Source: Candidatus Latescibacterota bacterium (lineage in GTDB: Bacteria; Latescibacterota; UBA2968; GCA-2709665). Taken from it: a stretch of 64,000 nt of DNA. Positions 47,129-56,270 of this stretch are shown here, in pieces (positions within the stretch are counted from its first letter, which is position 1; every line of letters begins with the position of its first letter). The DNA lies in NCBI GenBank assembly GCA_963667175.2, contig CAXXXF010000006.1, positions 448,001 to 512,000 on the forward strand, given 5' to 3'. Both the position numbers and the translations under genes were made by a program. The notes beneath the pieces were generated by a model. It was not told the DNA's origin and ran no database searches. It saw nothing but the letters and a program-made list of their open reading frames with translations.

Positions 47129-48163
47129 CTATTTTTTTTCCCGGAACCCGGCGGAATCAACCGCGCTCAGCCGGCGAGACAGCAGGAGGCGGATCAACCC
47201 CGGGCCCCCCGCGAACAGGTAGGTGAGAAAGGCAAGACCGTGCATCGCCGTTGCGTACGCCAGGGCGTCCGTGAGCGGCACGTCGCATACCACGTTGAGC
47301 GTCTTGCTGCAGAAGTAATGGTAGGTTCCGGTTCCTCCCGGGGTGGGGATGATGACGCCGATGGTCGAGATGACCAGGACGACGACGGCGTCGTAAAAAC
47401 CGAGGTCGTACCGGGAAGCGAAACCGAACGCGAAGAACGTGGCATACGACGTCAGGATGTATGCCAGATTGAGAAGGATGCTGGACGCGAGGATGCCGAT
47501 GTAGCCCGAGGTCGCATGAACGCCGCCCAGTCCCTGAAACAGCGACCGGAGAATCCCGGTCATCCGGTCCGCGAACGACCGGGAGACCCATCGGACGGGA
47601 AGTCGCATGACGTTCAGCGCGCGATCACCGTAGACCGACAGAAGCGCGAAAAGCACGAGAATGCCCACCGTGGCCGCCAGTGCGAGGAGCGCGACCCCTT
47701 CCATCCATGGGAACGCTGCGACGACTCTGTCTCTGGAAACATAAAGGACGCCGCCCAGAAAAATGAGGAGCGTAAGCATGTCGATTGCCCGTTCCACGAG
47801 GATGGTGGCCAGAATACCGCTCAGCGGCACGCGCTCATCCCTTTGCAGCGCGACCCCGCGCGCGATCTCCCCCGCGCGTGAAACGACGTTGGAGGCCGCG
47901 TACCCCACAAGGATGGCATGGCTGGCTCTCCGGAAGGAAATCCGACGGCTGACGGGCGCCAGCAGGATCCGCCAGCGCCAGGCGCGTGGCGGAATCGAGA
48001 GGACAAGCAGAAACGCACTCAACGCCAGCCACGAAACCCCGGCCTGACGCAAGGCAGACCACAGGCCTGCCGGGGCGACGCCCTGAAAGGCCAACCACAG
48101 AAACCCCGCCGCAAGCGCCACGCCGACGGTGAATTTGAGCAGTGTCTTAATGGTATGAGACAC
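47129..48163 (-). CDS. Lysylphosphatidylglycerol-synthase TM-domain (flippase-like, UPF0104) protein
   Basis: RAWRWRILL, RAGE, VERAID, IPTPGGTGTYH motifs; multiple TM helices. Confidence 0.85.
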   Translation of the reverse strand: MSHTIKTLLKFTVGVALAAGFLWLAFQGVAPAGLWSALRQAGVSWLALSAFLLVLSIPPRAWRWRILLAPVSRRISFRRASHAILVGYAASNVVSRAGEIARGVALQRDERVPLSGILATILVERAIDMLTLLIFLGGVLYVSRDRVVAAFPWMEGVALLALAATVGILVLFALLSVYGDRALNVMRLPVRWVSRSFADRMTGILRSLFQGLGGVHATSGYIGILASSILLNLAYILTSYATFFAFGFASRYDLGFYDAVVVLVISTIGVIIPTPGGTGTYHYFCSKTLNVVCDVPLTDALAYATAMHGLAFLTYLFAGGPGLIRLLLSRRLSAVDSAGFREKK

Positions 48164-48187
48164 AAGGGCTTTCGTAAGAATCCATTC

Positions 48188-49078
48188 TCAGTAACCGAAT
48201 CCGCGCAGGGCCTGTTCTTTTTTCCGCCAGTTCCGGTGAACTTTCACGCGAAGGTCCAGATAGATCGGCGCCTTCAGGAACGCCTCTATCTTGCCTCGCG
48301 CGTTCTTGCCGATGGATTTGAGTGTATTTCCATTTGCGCCGATGACAATACCCTTCTGGGACGTTCGTTCAACGACGATACTGGCGCTGACGTAGGAACG
48401 GGGACTGCCCTCGCGAAACGTCTCCACCTTGACCGCCGCGGCGTAGGGCAATTCCTGCCGGAGTTGCAGGAAAATCTCCTCACGGATGAGTTCGGCCACG
48501 AAGAATCGCTCGGGGTGCTCGGTGAGCACGTCTTCCGGGTAATATTCGGGGCCTGCCGGCAGCGCCCGCTCGAGACTGTCATTGAGCCGTTCGACGTTGT
48601 AACCGGACCGGGCGGAAACCGGCAGAATTTCCTGAACCGCGGCTTCTTTCCCGACGGTATCGGCGCACTGCCGCGCCCGGGCGGCGGAAACCAGGTCGGT
48701 TTTGTTCACCGCGACAATGCGCGGGCTCGGCGCCCTGCGAAGGACGTCACGCACTTCCCGGTCGAACGTGGCGTCGAAGTCGGTGGCGTCGATCACACCG
48801 AGAAACACGTCCGCGTCGCTTATCGAACGCCTGATCTGATCGCACATTCGCTCGTGCAGACCGCGGCCGGGCCGGAGCAATCCCGGCGTATCCAGAAAGA
48901 TCATCTGAGACGTACGGGAGGTACGGATGCCCAGAATCCGATGGCGCGTGGTCTGAGGCTTTGCGGTCACAATGGACAGGCGTTCGCCGACGAGCAGGTT
49001 AAACAGCGTGGATTTTCCCACGTTGGGTTTGCCGGCGATGACGATGTATCCGGATCTGAAATCGGACGTGATTCGCAT
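48188..49078 (-). CDS. era: GTPase Era
   Basis: GKPNVGKST, KPQTTR, DTPG, NKTD, ELIRE...ELPY, KH domain SQKGIVIGANG. Confidence 0.97.
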   Translation of the reverse strand: MRITSDFRSGYIVIAGKPNVGKSTLFNLLVGERLSIVTAKPQTTRHRILGIRTSRTSQMIFLDTPGLLRPGRGLHERMCDQIRRSISDADVFLGVIDATDFDATFDREVRDVLRRAPSPRIVAVNKTDLVSAARARQCADTVGKEAAVQEILPVSARSGYNVERLNDSLERALPAGPEYYPEDVLTEHPERFFVAELIREEIFLQLRQELPYAAAVKVETFREGSPRSYVSASIVVERTSQKGIVIGANGNTLKSIGKNARGKIEAFLKAPIYLDLRVKVHRNWRKKEQALRGFGY

Positions 49079-49096
49079 TACCCCTTTAAGTAAAAA

Positions 49097-49575
49097 AACT
49101 CACATGGATGGACAGGATGGACAGGATAAAAACCAAAAGAAAATGAAATTCAGAAACTACGAAACACGCGAAACACACGAAAAAACAAACAACGGAAACG
49201 ACAAAACACGCGAGATAAGCGAACAATGCCTGGCTGGACCCTTGAACTCATCTCACTGAAAAATCAAAACTCACATGGATAGACAGGACGGACAGGATAA
49301 AGGCCAAAAAGCGAGACAAAGGCACGAGAAAACGAACATCGGGAACTACGAAATACGCGAAACACACGAAAAAACGATCAGGATTTACAGGATTCGCAGG
49401 ATTAGAAACCAGGAGCAGGATGAAAACCGAAGAGCGAGACAAAGGCACGAGAAAACGAACATCAGAAACTACGAAATACGCGAAACACACGAAAAAACAA
49501 ACAACGCAAACGACAAAACACGCGAGATAAGCGAAAAGCGCGACAAAGGCGCGAGAACTGCACGAGAAAACGAGT
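49097..49575 (+). repeat. A-rich modular intergenic repeat, copy 3
   Basis: Two CTCACATGGAT.GACAGGA.GGACAGGATAAA modules, three AACTACGAAA.ACGCGAAACACACGAAAAAAC modules, duplicated CGACAAAACACGCGAGATAAGCGAA. Confidence 0.88.
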
Positions 49576-49891
49576 AACTGCAATCCACGAGAAAGCGCGG
49601 AACGGCAGTAAATCGATTCACCATAGACCGCACGTCGTCATCACGAACACCCCAAACCCCAACGTAACGTTAGCCAAACCGATTCGGGACGCTTCAAGGT
49701 CTTCGATATTTTCTCCGCTAATGTTATTGAAAATCAACCGATTATGCAACAAACACACCGGTTTTCATGAATATTTCAGGCTCTGGTTTTTTCCGAATTT
49801 TGCTTTTCATCCTGCCTATCCTGTGTATCCATGTTTGGCGTCGTTTGCAGCCGTTCGGCGAAGATCACCAACTGCAATTGACATGGATGGA

Positions 49892-50839
49892 TCAGAAATA
49901 CAATGACCCCGAGACGCGGTAGGTATTGTCCAATTCGCCGTGCTCGAGAAAGGCGAGGTCGAAGGCAACGCGCCCGCGAAGCCGGACGCCCGCGCCCGCG
50001 GTAAAGTGATTTCCCCTTGCGCCAAGGCGGAAGGCCAGCCGGTTCCGGTACAGGTATTCCACGCCGATCCGCACACCCTGCAAACGGTCCACCTCGGAAT
50101 TTTCCTCACCGAGGTTCAGACTCCCGCTGCAGGTGATGCGTCCGTCAATCGCCGCGACCGGCCGCGCGAGCGCCAGGCCTACGACAAGAACCGGGGGAAC
50201 CCGGTCCGTCGATCCCGTGTCGAAGGTGATCTTCATGGGGATGAGATTGCGAATCTTCATGCCCGCCGACAGGCCGGGCCGGGGCACGTACAGCATCCCG
50301 AAATCAATGCCGAAACCCGATCCTGTACCGACGCCCAGCCTTCGGGATACAAGCTTCACGCCGGCGCCGGCGAACAGATTCGACCTCAGGCCTCGGCCGA
50401 AGCCAAGGTGAAGGTGGTATTCGGTCGTACCGACGACACGAGTGACGACGGGCCGGTTGTCCGGACCCGGCGAAAGCGTCGGATCCTCCAGAGTCGTGAG
50501 CTTGACGCCGTCGACACCCAGGCGCGTCAGGCCGACGCCGAAGCCACCGAGCGGAGAGGGGCCGCACACCGTGAAGACGTCATGTTTGACCGTGCCGCCG
50601 AACTGTTCGGCATGCTGGATCTGCAATTCTCTCTTCCGGAGTCTGTGAAGGCCTGCCGGATTCCAGTAGATGGCGGTTGCATCGTCACTCACGGCCACGA
50701 ACGCGCTTCCCATCCCCAGCGGTCTTGCGCCCGTGCCGAGCAGCAGAGGGGCTTCCGAGTATCGTGTTTCATTCTGCGCGGGAACGGGCGCCGGACTCGA
50801 CAGGGCCAGCATCAGTATTGTCAGGAGAAACGGCTTCAC
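49892..50839 (-). CDS. PorV/PorQ-family outer-membrane beta-barrel (second copy)
   Basis: LLLGTGARPLGMGSAFVAVSDDATAIYWNPAGL; GFGIDFG; C-terminal YRVSGSLYF. Confidence 0.85.
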   Translation of the reverse strand: MKPFLLTILMLALSSPAPVPAQNETRYSEAPLLLGTGARPLGMGSAFVAVSDDATAIYWNPAGLHRLRKRELQIQHAEQFGGTVKHDVFTVCGPSPLGGFGVGLTRLGVDGVKLTTLEDPTLSPGPDNRPVVTRVVGTTEYHLHLGFGRGLRSNLFAGAGVKLVSRRLGVGTGSGFGIDFGMLYVPRPGLSAGMKIRNLIPMKITFDTGSTDRVPPVLVVGLALARPVAAIDGRITCSGSLNLGEENSEVDRLQGVRIGVEYLYRNRLAFRLGARGNHFTAGAGVRLRGRVAFDLAFLEHGELDNTYRVSGSLYF

Positions 50840-51423
50840 GGCGAAGGCTCCCGGGGTGTGGTTTCCGCGCAGGGAACGAGTATGGCGGTGCTTCCCGGCT
50901 GGAGTGCGGATCCCAGGGCTTTGACGTGCGATGAATCGAGGACGATGACGCCGGACTTTGCAGGAAGGGGAAATTCGGCAGGCTGAATGAGCAGCGAAGG
51001 AGAAAAATAGAGCCGGGAACGCGCCCGGGGCCCCTCGATCAGCCTGCCGCTGAAGTCGAGCGGTAAACGGCGGCCGCGAAGCCTGAGTCCGGGATTCCCG
51101 GGTTCGACGCTTAGCGGATCGATCCGGGCGATCATCCGGAGTCGGTAAGACGATCGGGGCAATGCTCCCGAAAATCGATATTCCTTGATGGCGCAGGCCC
51201 TGAGGACGTGGGCGCCGGCTTTCAGATAAACCTTGCGGGACGGCAGATCGATGACGAGATAGTAGACGTTCGGGTTCTCTTGCGCGAACTGAAGTTCAAG
51301 TTCCAGGGCCAGTTTTCTGTGCCGGAGCGCCTGTTCGAGCGAGTCGGGCACGCTCCCGCCGCCTGCCGCAGGGGACGGTATGGATACGGCGAATGGGATG
51401 GTAACGAGAACAGCGAGGATCAA
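50836..51423 (-). CDS. Exported protein, possibly a degenerate L,D-transpeptidase-like fold
   Basis: TTG start overlapping the upstream TGA; signal peptide; YYLVIDLPSRKVYL resembles the YkuD N-terminal strand, but there is no HGC motif. Confidence 0.55.
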   Translation of the reverse strand: MILAVLVTIPFAVSIPSPAAGGGSVPDSLEQALRHRKLALELELQFAQENPNVYYLVIDLPSRKVYLKAGAHVLRACAIKEYRFSGALPRSSYRLRMIARIDPLSVEPGNPGLRLRGRRLPLDFSGRLIEGPRARSRLYFSPSLLIQPAEFPLPAKSGVIVLDSSHVKALGSALQPGSTAILVPCAETTPREPSP

Positions 51424-52043
51424 TAGATGTAGACACGGCTTCCCACTTGCGCCCGGGCGAACGTGGCTTCGAGGTCCCCGTCGTTCAGGCGGATGCACCC
51501 GTGCGTGATGTTTCGTCCGATGAGATTCGGATAGAGGTTGCCGTGAATCTCGTAACCGTCGCCCAACTCGAGGGCGTATTTGCCAAGGGTGACCGGGTCC
51601 AGACGCTCGAAATCCCATGGCAGTACCGGAGCCGTCCGACCTGCCTCCACAAAGGCCCATTCCGGTTTCTTCCATATTGGATTCACCACTTTTCGCAGGA
51701 CTTCGAATCGCCCTTTCGGTGTGTCGAACCGCCAGGATTTCCGATTGTCGCTCAACAGAATCTTGCCGCTTCCGCTTGCGCAGACCGCATCATCCAGGAG
51801 GCGGTTTCGGCGCCAGACCTGCAGCCGGTTGTGGACCGTGTCGATGACGATACGCGGTTTTTCATCCAACATTCCGTCGAGAACGGACTCCAGCCTTTCT
51901 ATTTCCGCCGCAAGACGCTTTACCGAGGAGGAGGTGGACGCGCCCGGCTGCCCGGAACCCCGGCTCCGCGCGTCCGGCGGGCTGTTCCGGCAGGCGACGG
52001 CGACGACCAGAGTCAGAAGCAGAAAAACAGGAAACCGGCGCAT
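51420..52043 (-). CDS. L,D-transpeptidase (YkuD) lipoprotein
   Basis: Lipobox VAVAC; TPKGRF, YEIHG...GRNITHGCIRL catalytic motif. Confidence 0.9.
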   Translation of the reverse strand: MRRFPVFLLLTLVVAVACRNSPPDARSRGSGQPGASTSSSVKRLAAEIERLESVLDGMLDEKPRIVIDTVHNRLQVWRRNRLLDDAVCASGSGKILLSDNRKSWRFDTPKGRFEVLRKVVNPIWKKPEWAFVEAGRTAPVLPWDFERLDPVTLGKYALELGDGYEIHGNLYPNLIGRNITHGCIRLNDGDLEATFARAQVGSRVYIY

Positions 52044-52062
52044 GCAGATCGTCCCTAAAACC

Positions 52063-52098
52063 GGAAAACCGAGAAGCGTGCGCACTTCTCGGTTTTCC
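52063..52098. terminator. Intercistronic 14-bp perfect hairpin
   Basis: GGAAAACCGAGAAG-CGTGCGCA-CTTCTCGGTTTTCC between the lipoprotein and LDT genes. Confidence 0.55.
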
Positions 52099-52130
52099 AG
52101 CGTCAAACAATGTTGGAACGTGTCGATGGA

Positions 52131-52733
52131 CTAACGCAGATACCAGGCTTTGTTCTCCTCTTTCCAATCTTCGATTTTCTGCATTGCGGTGCTGACCGCG
52201 TCCTGCACGCCGCCCAACTTGCTTTCGCCGGCCTGAGCCTGGGCTAGGGCATCCTTGAACATGCCGTTTTCCAGACTGCCCTTTGCGCTATTCAATGATG
52301 CTTCGGCCTCGCCAAGATCTGCATCGAGCTGGTCCAGGTCTTCATCTGCGCCTTTGCCGCGGGGCGCGGCGTTAAGCGCTTCCCGGGCATCCGCCAGGCT
52401 GGATGAGGCCGAATCGATGATCGCCTGGGCGTCGTCGCGGGTCTTGGCCTTGTTGGTTTCCGCCTGAGTCACGGACTGGTTCGCGCGTTCCTCCGCCTCG
52501 ATGGCAGCGGCTCTGGCCTCCTTGTATTCGCCCTGTTCAACTTTGTCTTTGGAATCTTTCAGGGTATTCGTTGCCGAACGGAAAATCTCCTCGGCATAGA
52601 CGTCGGCCTCGGCGGCCTTTGCTTTACTGAGGGCGCCTTCGGCGGCCTTGATTTCCTCCTCGGGAGGTTGTTCGCAGGCCACAAAGGCGGCGGCAAAACA
52701 GACAACAAGGCCGATTCTCAGGACAGATCCCAT
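52131..52733 (-). CDS. Alanine-rich helical lipoprotein (DUF4398-like)
   Basis: Lipobox FVAC; PPEEEIKAAEGALSKAKAAEADVYA pattern; AAGGAGG RBS. Confidence 0.75.
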   Translation of the reverse strand: MGSVLRIGLVVCFAAAFVACEQPPEEEIKAAEGALSKAKAAEADVYAEEIFRSATNTLKDSKDKVEQGEYKEARAAAIEAEERANQSVTQAETNKAKTRDDAQAIIDSASSSLADAREALNAAPRGKGADEDLDQLDADLGEAEASLNSAKGSLENGMFKDALAQAQAGESKLGGVQDAVSTAMQKIEDWKEENKAWYLR

Positions 52734-53114
52734 CTCCCCTCCTTAAGGTTGATAAAACCTCGAACGATGGCAACAAGTCTAACAGAAATAACTATTTCCG
52801 AAACAAATGGCAGTGAATGCACTTATACAGGAAGAAGATACATCCAACGTGTGACAAAGTCAAGCGATTTCTCCAGAAATTTCGCCGCTGCATGCGCCGA
52901 ATGAATCCAACTCCCAACCGTCGAAAACCGCAGGAATACCTCCCCTTGTCCGATACCGGCGTAGTCGATCTCAATCGCACCCTGCACGTCGACAAATCGA
53001 GGTGCGGTTTCACGGGGCGAACGTCGAGTACCGGAGACGAAACAGATCACGACAAAACGGACAAGAAACTGCATCTGCACGCTCTTTTCCACAAAAGCGA
53101 GCGGCCCTCTTTGC

Positions 53115-53171
53115 CAGCCCGCTGATAAAGTCCATCCGGGCTGCCTGCAGAGCGACTTGTTCCACGGACTG
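53115..53171. mobile_element. Internally deleted, degenerate relative of the 25710-25870 MITE
   Basis: cagcccgctgataaagtccatccgggctg joined to cctgcagagcgacttgttccacggactg(tta), matching both ends of the longer element. Confidence 0.65.
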
Positions 53172-53376
53172 TTACGGTTGCGCGCGCTGGGCGCAAGCGC
53201 TATATTTCGCACACAGCCGTCCGGATCCGATACGGTTCCGCCTCCGACGTCGGAGGCATGGTCCGGAAACCCGCCGGTTCCGACAATCGCGATTTCACTG
53301 CCGGATATCCAGTTAACGCCCCGAAAACAGATACATATCGGTATCTTGGTACTGGCAAAGTCAACAGGAGGAATCC

Positions 53377-53613
53377 ATGGGATTCGAGAACCAGCTGGGT
53401 GTGGCCGCGCTTTCTGTTCTGGGAGCGCTTCTGCTTCGATGGACTGGGATTCCGAAACGTTGGACGCCGGTCACGCCGTTGGTTCTGTCGACCCTTATCG
53501 TCGCGTTCTTCGGTGAGCTCGAGACGGTTGGCGACGTGTTCAAGAACGCGCTGGTCAGCGGACTCTTCGCCAATGGATTCTTATTCCTTCTTTATGGCGC
53601 CCGGAATGGATGA
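53377..53613 (+). CDS. Small 3-TM membrane protein (holin-like appearance)
   Basis: AGGAGG RBS 5 nt before ATG; 78 aa with three hydrophobic stretches and an IPKRWTP loop. Confidence 0.5.
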   Translation: MGFENQLGVAALSVLGALLLRWTGIPKRWTPVTPLVLSTLIVAFFGELETVGDVFKNALVSGLFANGFLFLLYGARNG

Positions 53614-54750
53614 TCTGATCCGAAGGCGATTCAGGTCGTCCAGAAGTTGCTTGGCGTCGAACACGACCGAGTTTTTTGAAATGCGTTTCTCCTTACGCAC
53701 GTAGGTTTCCAGCGCTTCGCGGGCGTTTTCATAACGACCGTCGCGAAAGCAGGCCAGTCCAAGGTAGTAGTAGCCGTCTGTCTGCAGGGAATCGATCCTG
53801 ACCGCGTTCGCCAGGTGCGTGATGGCGCCGTCGTAGTCGCGATGGTTGAAATGCGACACCCCCAGTTTGAGATGGACGGAGGCATCGTCGGCCCCGGCAG
53901 CGATCGCTTTCCGGTAGGTGTTTAGCGCCGCCTTGTAGTCCCCCCGATTGAACGCCAGATTGCCAAGGCTGACAAACGCTTCGCCGTATTCCGGATCGAT
54001 CTCCAGTGCCTTCAGGTAGGCGGTCCGCGCCTTCCCGAGTTTCCCTTCCTGGGCGTAGGCCATTCCAAGATTTCTATAGATATAACGGCGTTCCGTGGCG
54101 TCGTACTGGAACCGAAGCGCCTGTTCATAGATCTCAATGGCCTTGTCCGTCTTTCCCGTGTATATATAGGTAAGGCCCAGGTTGAGATACGCGTCCGTAA
54201 ACTTGTCGTTGAGCTTGATTGCCCGCCGATATTCCGCAATGGCCTGATCGGCGTATCCTTTGTGGTAATAGGCCAGACCCATCAGATTTCGCACGAATGC
54301 CGACCCGGGTTTAAGTTCCAGGGCGGTCTTGTATTGCGCCAGGGCCGAGTCGTAATTTCCCTGGTGATAGTGTGTTCTGCCCAGGTCGACCCGCGCGTGA
54401 AAGATCCGCGGATTGACTCGAATTGACCGTTTCAGGGTTTCAAGCCGTTCATCCGGACGGGACAGCAGCCGACCGTAGAGGTAAAGGCCCACGCCCGACC
54501 CGGGTCTGGCCTGCAGGCGCCTCAGGTATTCGGCAAGCACCTCCCGCCGGCGGTTTGACTTGAGCATCAGGTCCTGGTAGTGCATATTCGCCTGGAGGTC
54601 CTCGGGCCGCACCTTGATCAGACGCCGAAAATGAGCCAGTTCGGCTTCGCTCCCGTCGCCTTCAGCGCCCTCGACCGGGAATCCGATCCATCCGGCGCCA
54701 AGAAGCAAGAGGTAAATCAGGCTCGACAACACGCGCTCTCCGGGGGACAA
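53581..54750 (-). CDS. Exported TPR-repeat protein
   Basis: N-terminal hydrophobic signal and about eight TPRs (AYLNLGLTY, YRNLGMAY, YYYLGLA). Confidence 0.88.
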   Translation of the reverse strand: MSPGERVLSSLIYLLLLGAGWIGFPVEGAEGDGSEAELAHFRRLIKVRPEDLQANMHYQDLMLKSNRRREVLAEYLRRLQARPGSGVGLYLYGRLLSRPDERLETLKRSIRVNPRIFHARVDLGRTHYHQGNYDSALAQYKTALELKPGSAFVRNLMGLAYYHKGYADQAIAEYRRAIKLNDKFTDAYLNLGLTYIYTGKTDKAIEIYEQALRFQYDATERRYIYRNLGMAYAQEGKLGKARTAYLKALEIDPEYGEAFVSLGNLAFNRGDYKAALNTYRKAIAAGADDASVHLKLGVSHFNHRDYDGAITHLANAVRIDSLQTDGYYYLGLACFRDGRYENAREALETYVRKEKRISKNSVVFDAKQLLDDLNRLRIRSSIPGAIKKE

Positions 54751-54955
54751 TCGTCAACGAAAGGATGTCATTGATACCGGCCAAAAAAGGGGGTGATAGC
54801 ATCGTCTCTATCGCCCCTTGATTGCTGCATGTGGCTAGTGAGCCGTATTTCCATACAAATCGTCAAAATCCGACAGCCTATATGCGCCGCCCTATCGCGG
54901 CTGAGGCGGCCGCACCGGCTGGCGCGGCGGGCAGGACGGGCTCGCCGGCGTGTGC

Positions 54956-55816
54956 CTATCTGTCTTTCTTCAGGAGGATTTTCAACGGTCGTTTGGGCTT
55001 ATATAAGTAAATGACGTCGGCCGGGTCGAGCATGGTGTTGAATATGGCGATTTCGTCGATCTTGCCGGAATAGGCGGTCTTGTAATTGTTGAATCGAATG
55101 GTCATATCCTGCAGGTTCCAGGAAATGTCTCGTTGGACGTCCTTCTTGCGACCGATTTCTTCTCCGTCGACGAATAGCGCGTATTCGGCATCGGTCTTCC
55201 CGCTGTTGATATTGGACCACGTGACGACGATATGGCGCCACTGATCGGATTTCCAGTTAAGCCTCTCATACCGGATTGTCCACTTTCTAACCAGTTCCTC
55301 CCCGACTTTCTGCGTTTTGTCGGGGTAGCATCCGAATCGGAGGGCGCTGGGAGGGCGATCCGTCCGGCTCTTGTCGAAGTCGACGAAGATAACCGCGTCG
55401 TCCCACTTCTTCCCGATGGAGAAGGGCTCGGGGAACTTTTCCTTGAAGTCGCTGTTGGGATCCACGCTCAACCAGAAAGAAACCCCGCCGGACCATGGGC
55501 CGCCGGCACGATACGGAAAGTTGTCTTTGGCCTGATAGCTGAGGTAGGTTGCGCCGTTTGCAAATGAAACGAACCCGTCCTCTTTGCCGCCGCTAAACTC
55601 ATGCCGGGGCGGGCTGCTCGTTTCCATTGCCGCGACCGTGCCCTTCTTTTTGGTCATCGCTTCGAAACGGGATCTGTCGTCGAAGTTGGCAAAAAAGAGG
55701 ACGTTTGCCGCGAGCTTCTCCTCGATTTTCTTTTCGGGACCACCGCAGGAGATAAAGCAGAGAGCGGCGACCGGAATTGTGATCAGGCGCAGGTAACGGG
55801 GAGGGCACCGCAACAT
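54956..55816 (-). CDS. LamG/concanavalin-A-like jelly-roll lipoprotein
   Basis: FISC lipobox; LFFANFD, GGVSFWL, WRHIVVTW, LFVDG, GKIDEIAIFN..L. Confidence 0.8.
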   Translation of the reverse strand: MLRCPPRYLRLITIPVAALCFISCGGPEKKIEEKLAANVLFFANFDDRSRFEAMTKKKGTVAAMETSSPPRHEFSGGKEDGFVSFANGATYLSYQAKDNFPYRAGGPWSGGVSFWLSVDPNSDFKEKFPEPFSIGKKWDDAVIFVDFDKSRTDRPPSALRFGCYPDKTQKVGEELVRKWTIRYERLNWKSDQWRHIVVTWSNINSGKTDAEYALFVDGEEIGRKKDVQRDISWNLQDMTIRFNNYKTAYSGKIDEIAIFNTMLDPADVIYLYKPKRPLKILLKKDR

Positions 55817-56002
55817 AGGGCACTTCTCCTTTCGCGGGTCGGTACGTTCGATGATCCGGTTTTGCTTGCGTTTACAGCGATTCCCCAATATAAAGAATGT
55901 GTGTTCGGGCGCAAGCGTTTTTCTTGTTTCAGCCCTGCGGACGCGGCTGGCGGGCGCCGCGAAGGTCAGAAAAATCAGATGATTAGAGCAATGGAAAATG
56001 CC

Positions 56003-56031
56003 TTGACATCGTTATTCTTATTTGTTATATC
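56003..56031 (+). promoter_or_regulatory. Sigma70-type promoter of the FtsX-fusion operon
   Basis: TTGACA-17nt-TATATC with TGn extension. Confidence 0.6.
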
Positions 56032-56270
56032 GAAATTTTGCCGATTGCCGGCGTGGGCCCGGTATCGAACGAAGCCATCGGTGACCGGCGGGCGGGATCG
56101 GCGACCGTCCGCGATGCTTTTCGTGCGGGTCCGACGCCGACGTCGGACCGATGCTTCGGAATGCCGTCAGTACGGCGCCGGGACGGTTGTCGTAGCAGTC
56201 GCCGCGGCGCCCCGGCAGGGTGGATCCGACCGGAAAGAAACTTGCGTTACACAAGATTCAGGAGTTCACA

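Noticed and set aside
49248-49583. 100-111 aa ORFs over A-rich array 3
   Set aside because: Translations of the same repeat modules with no recognisable domain
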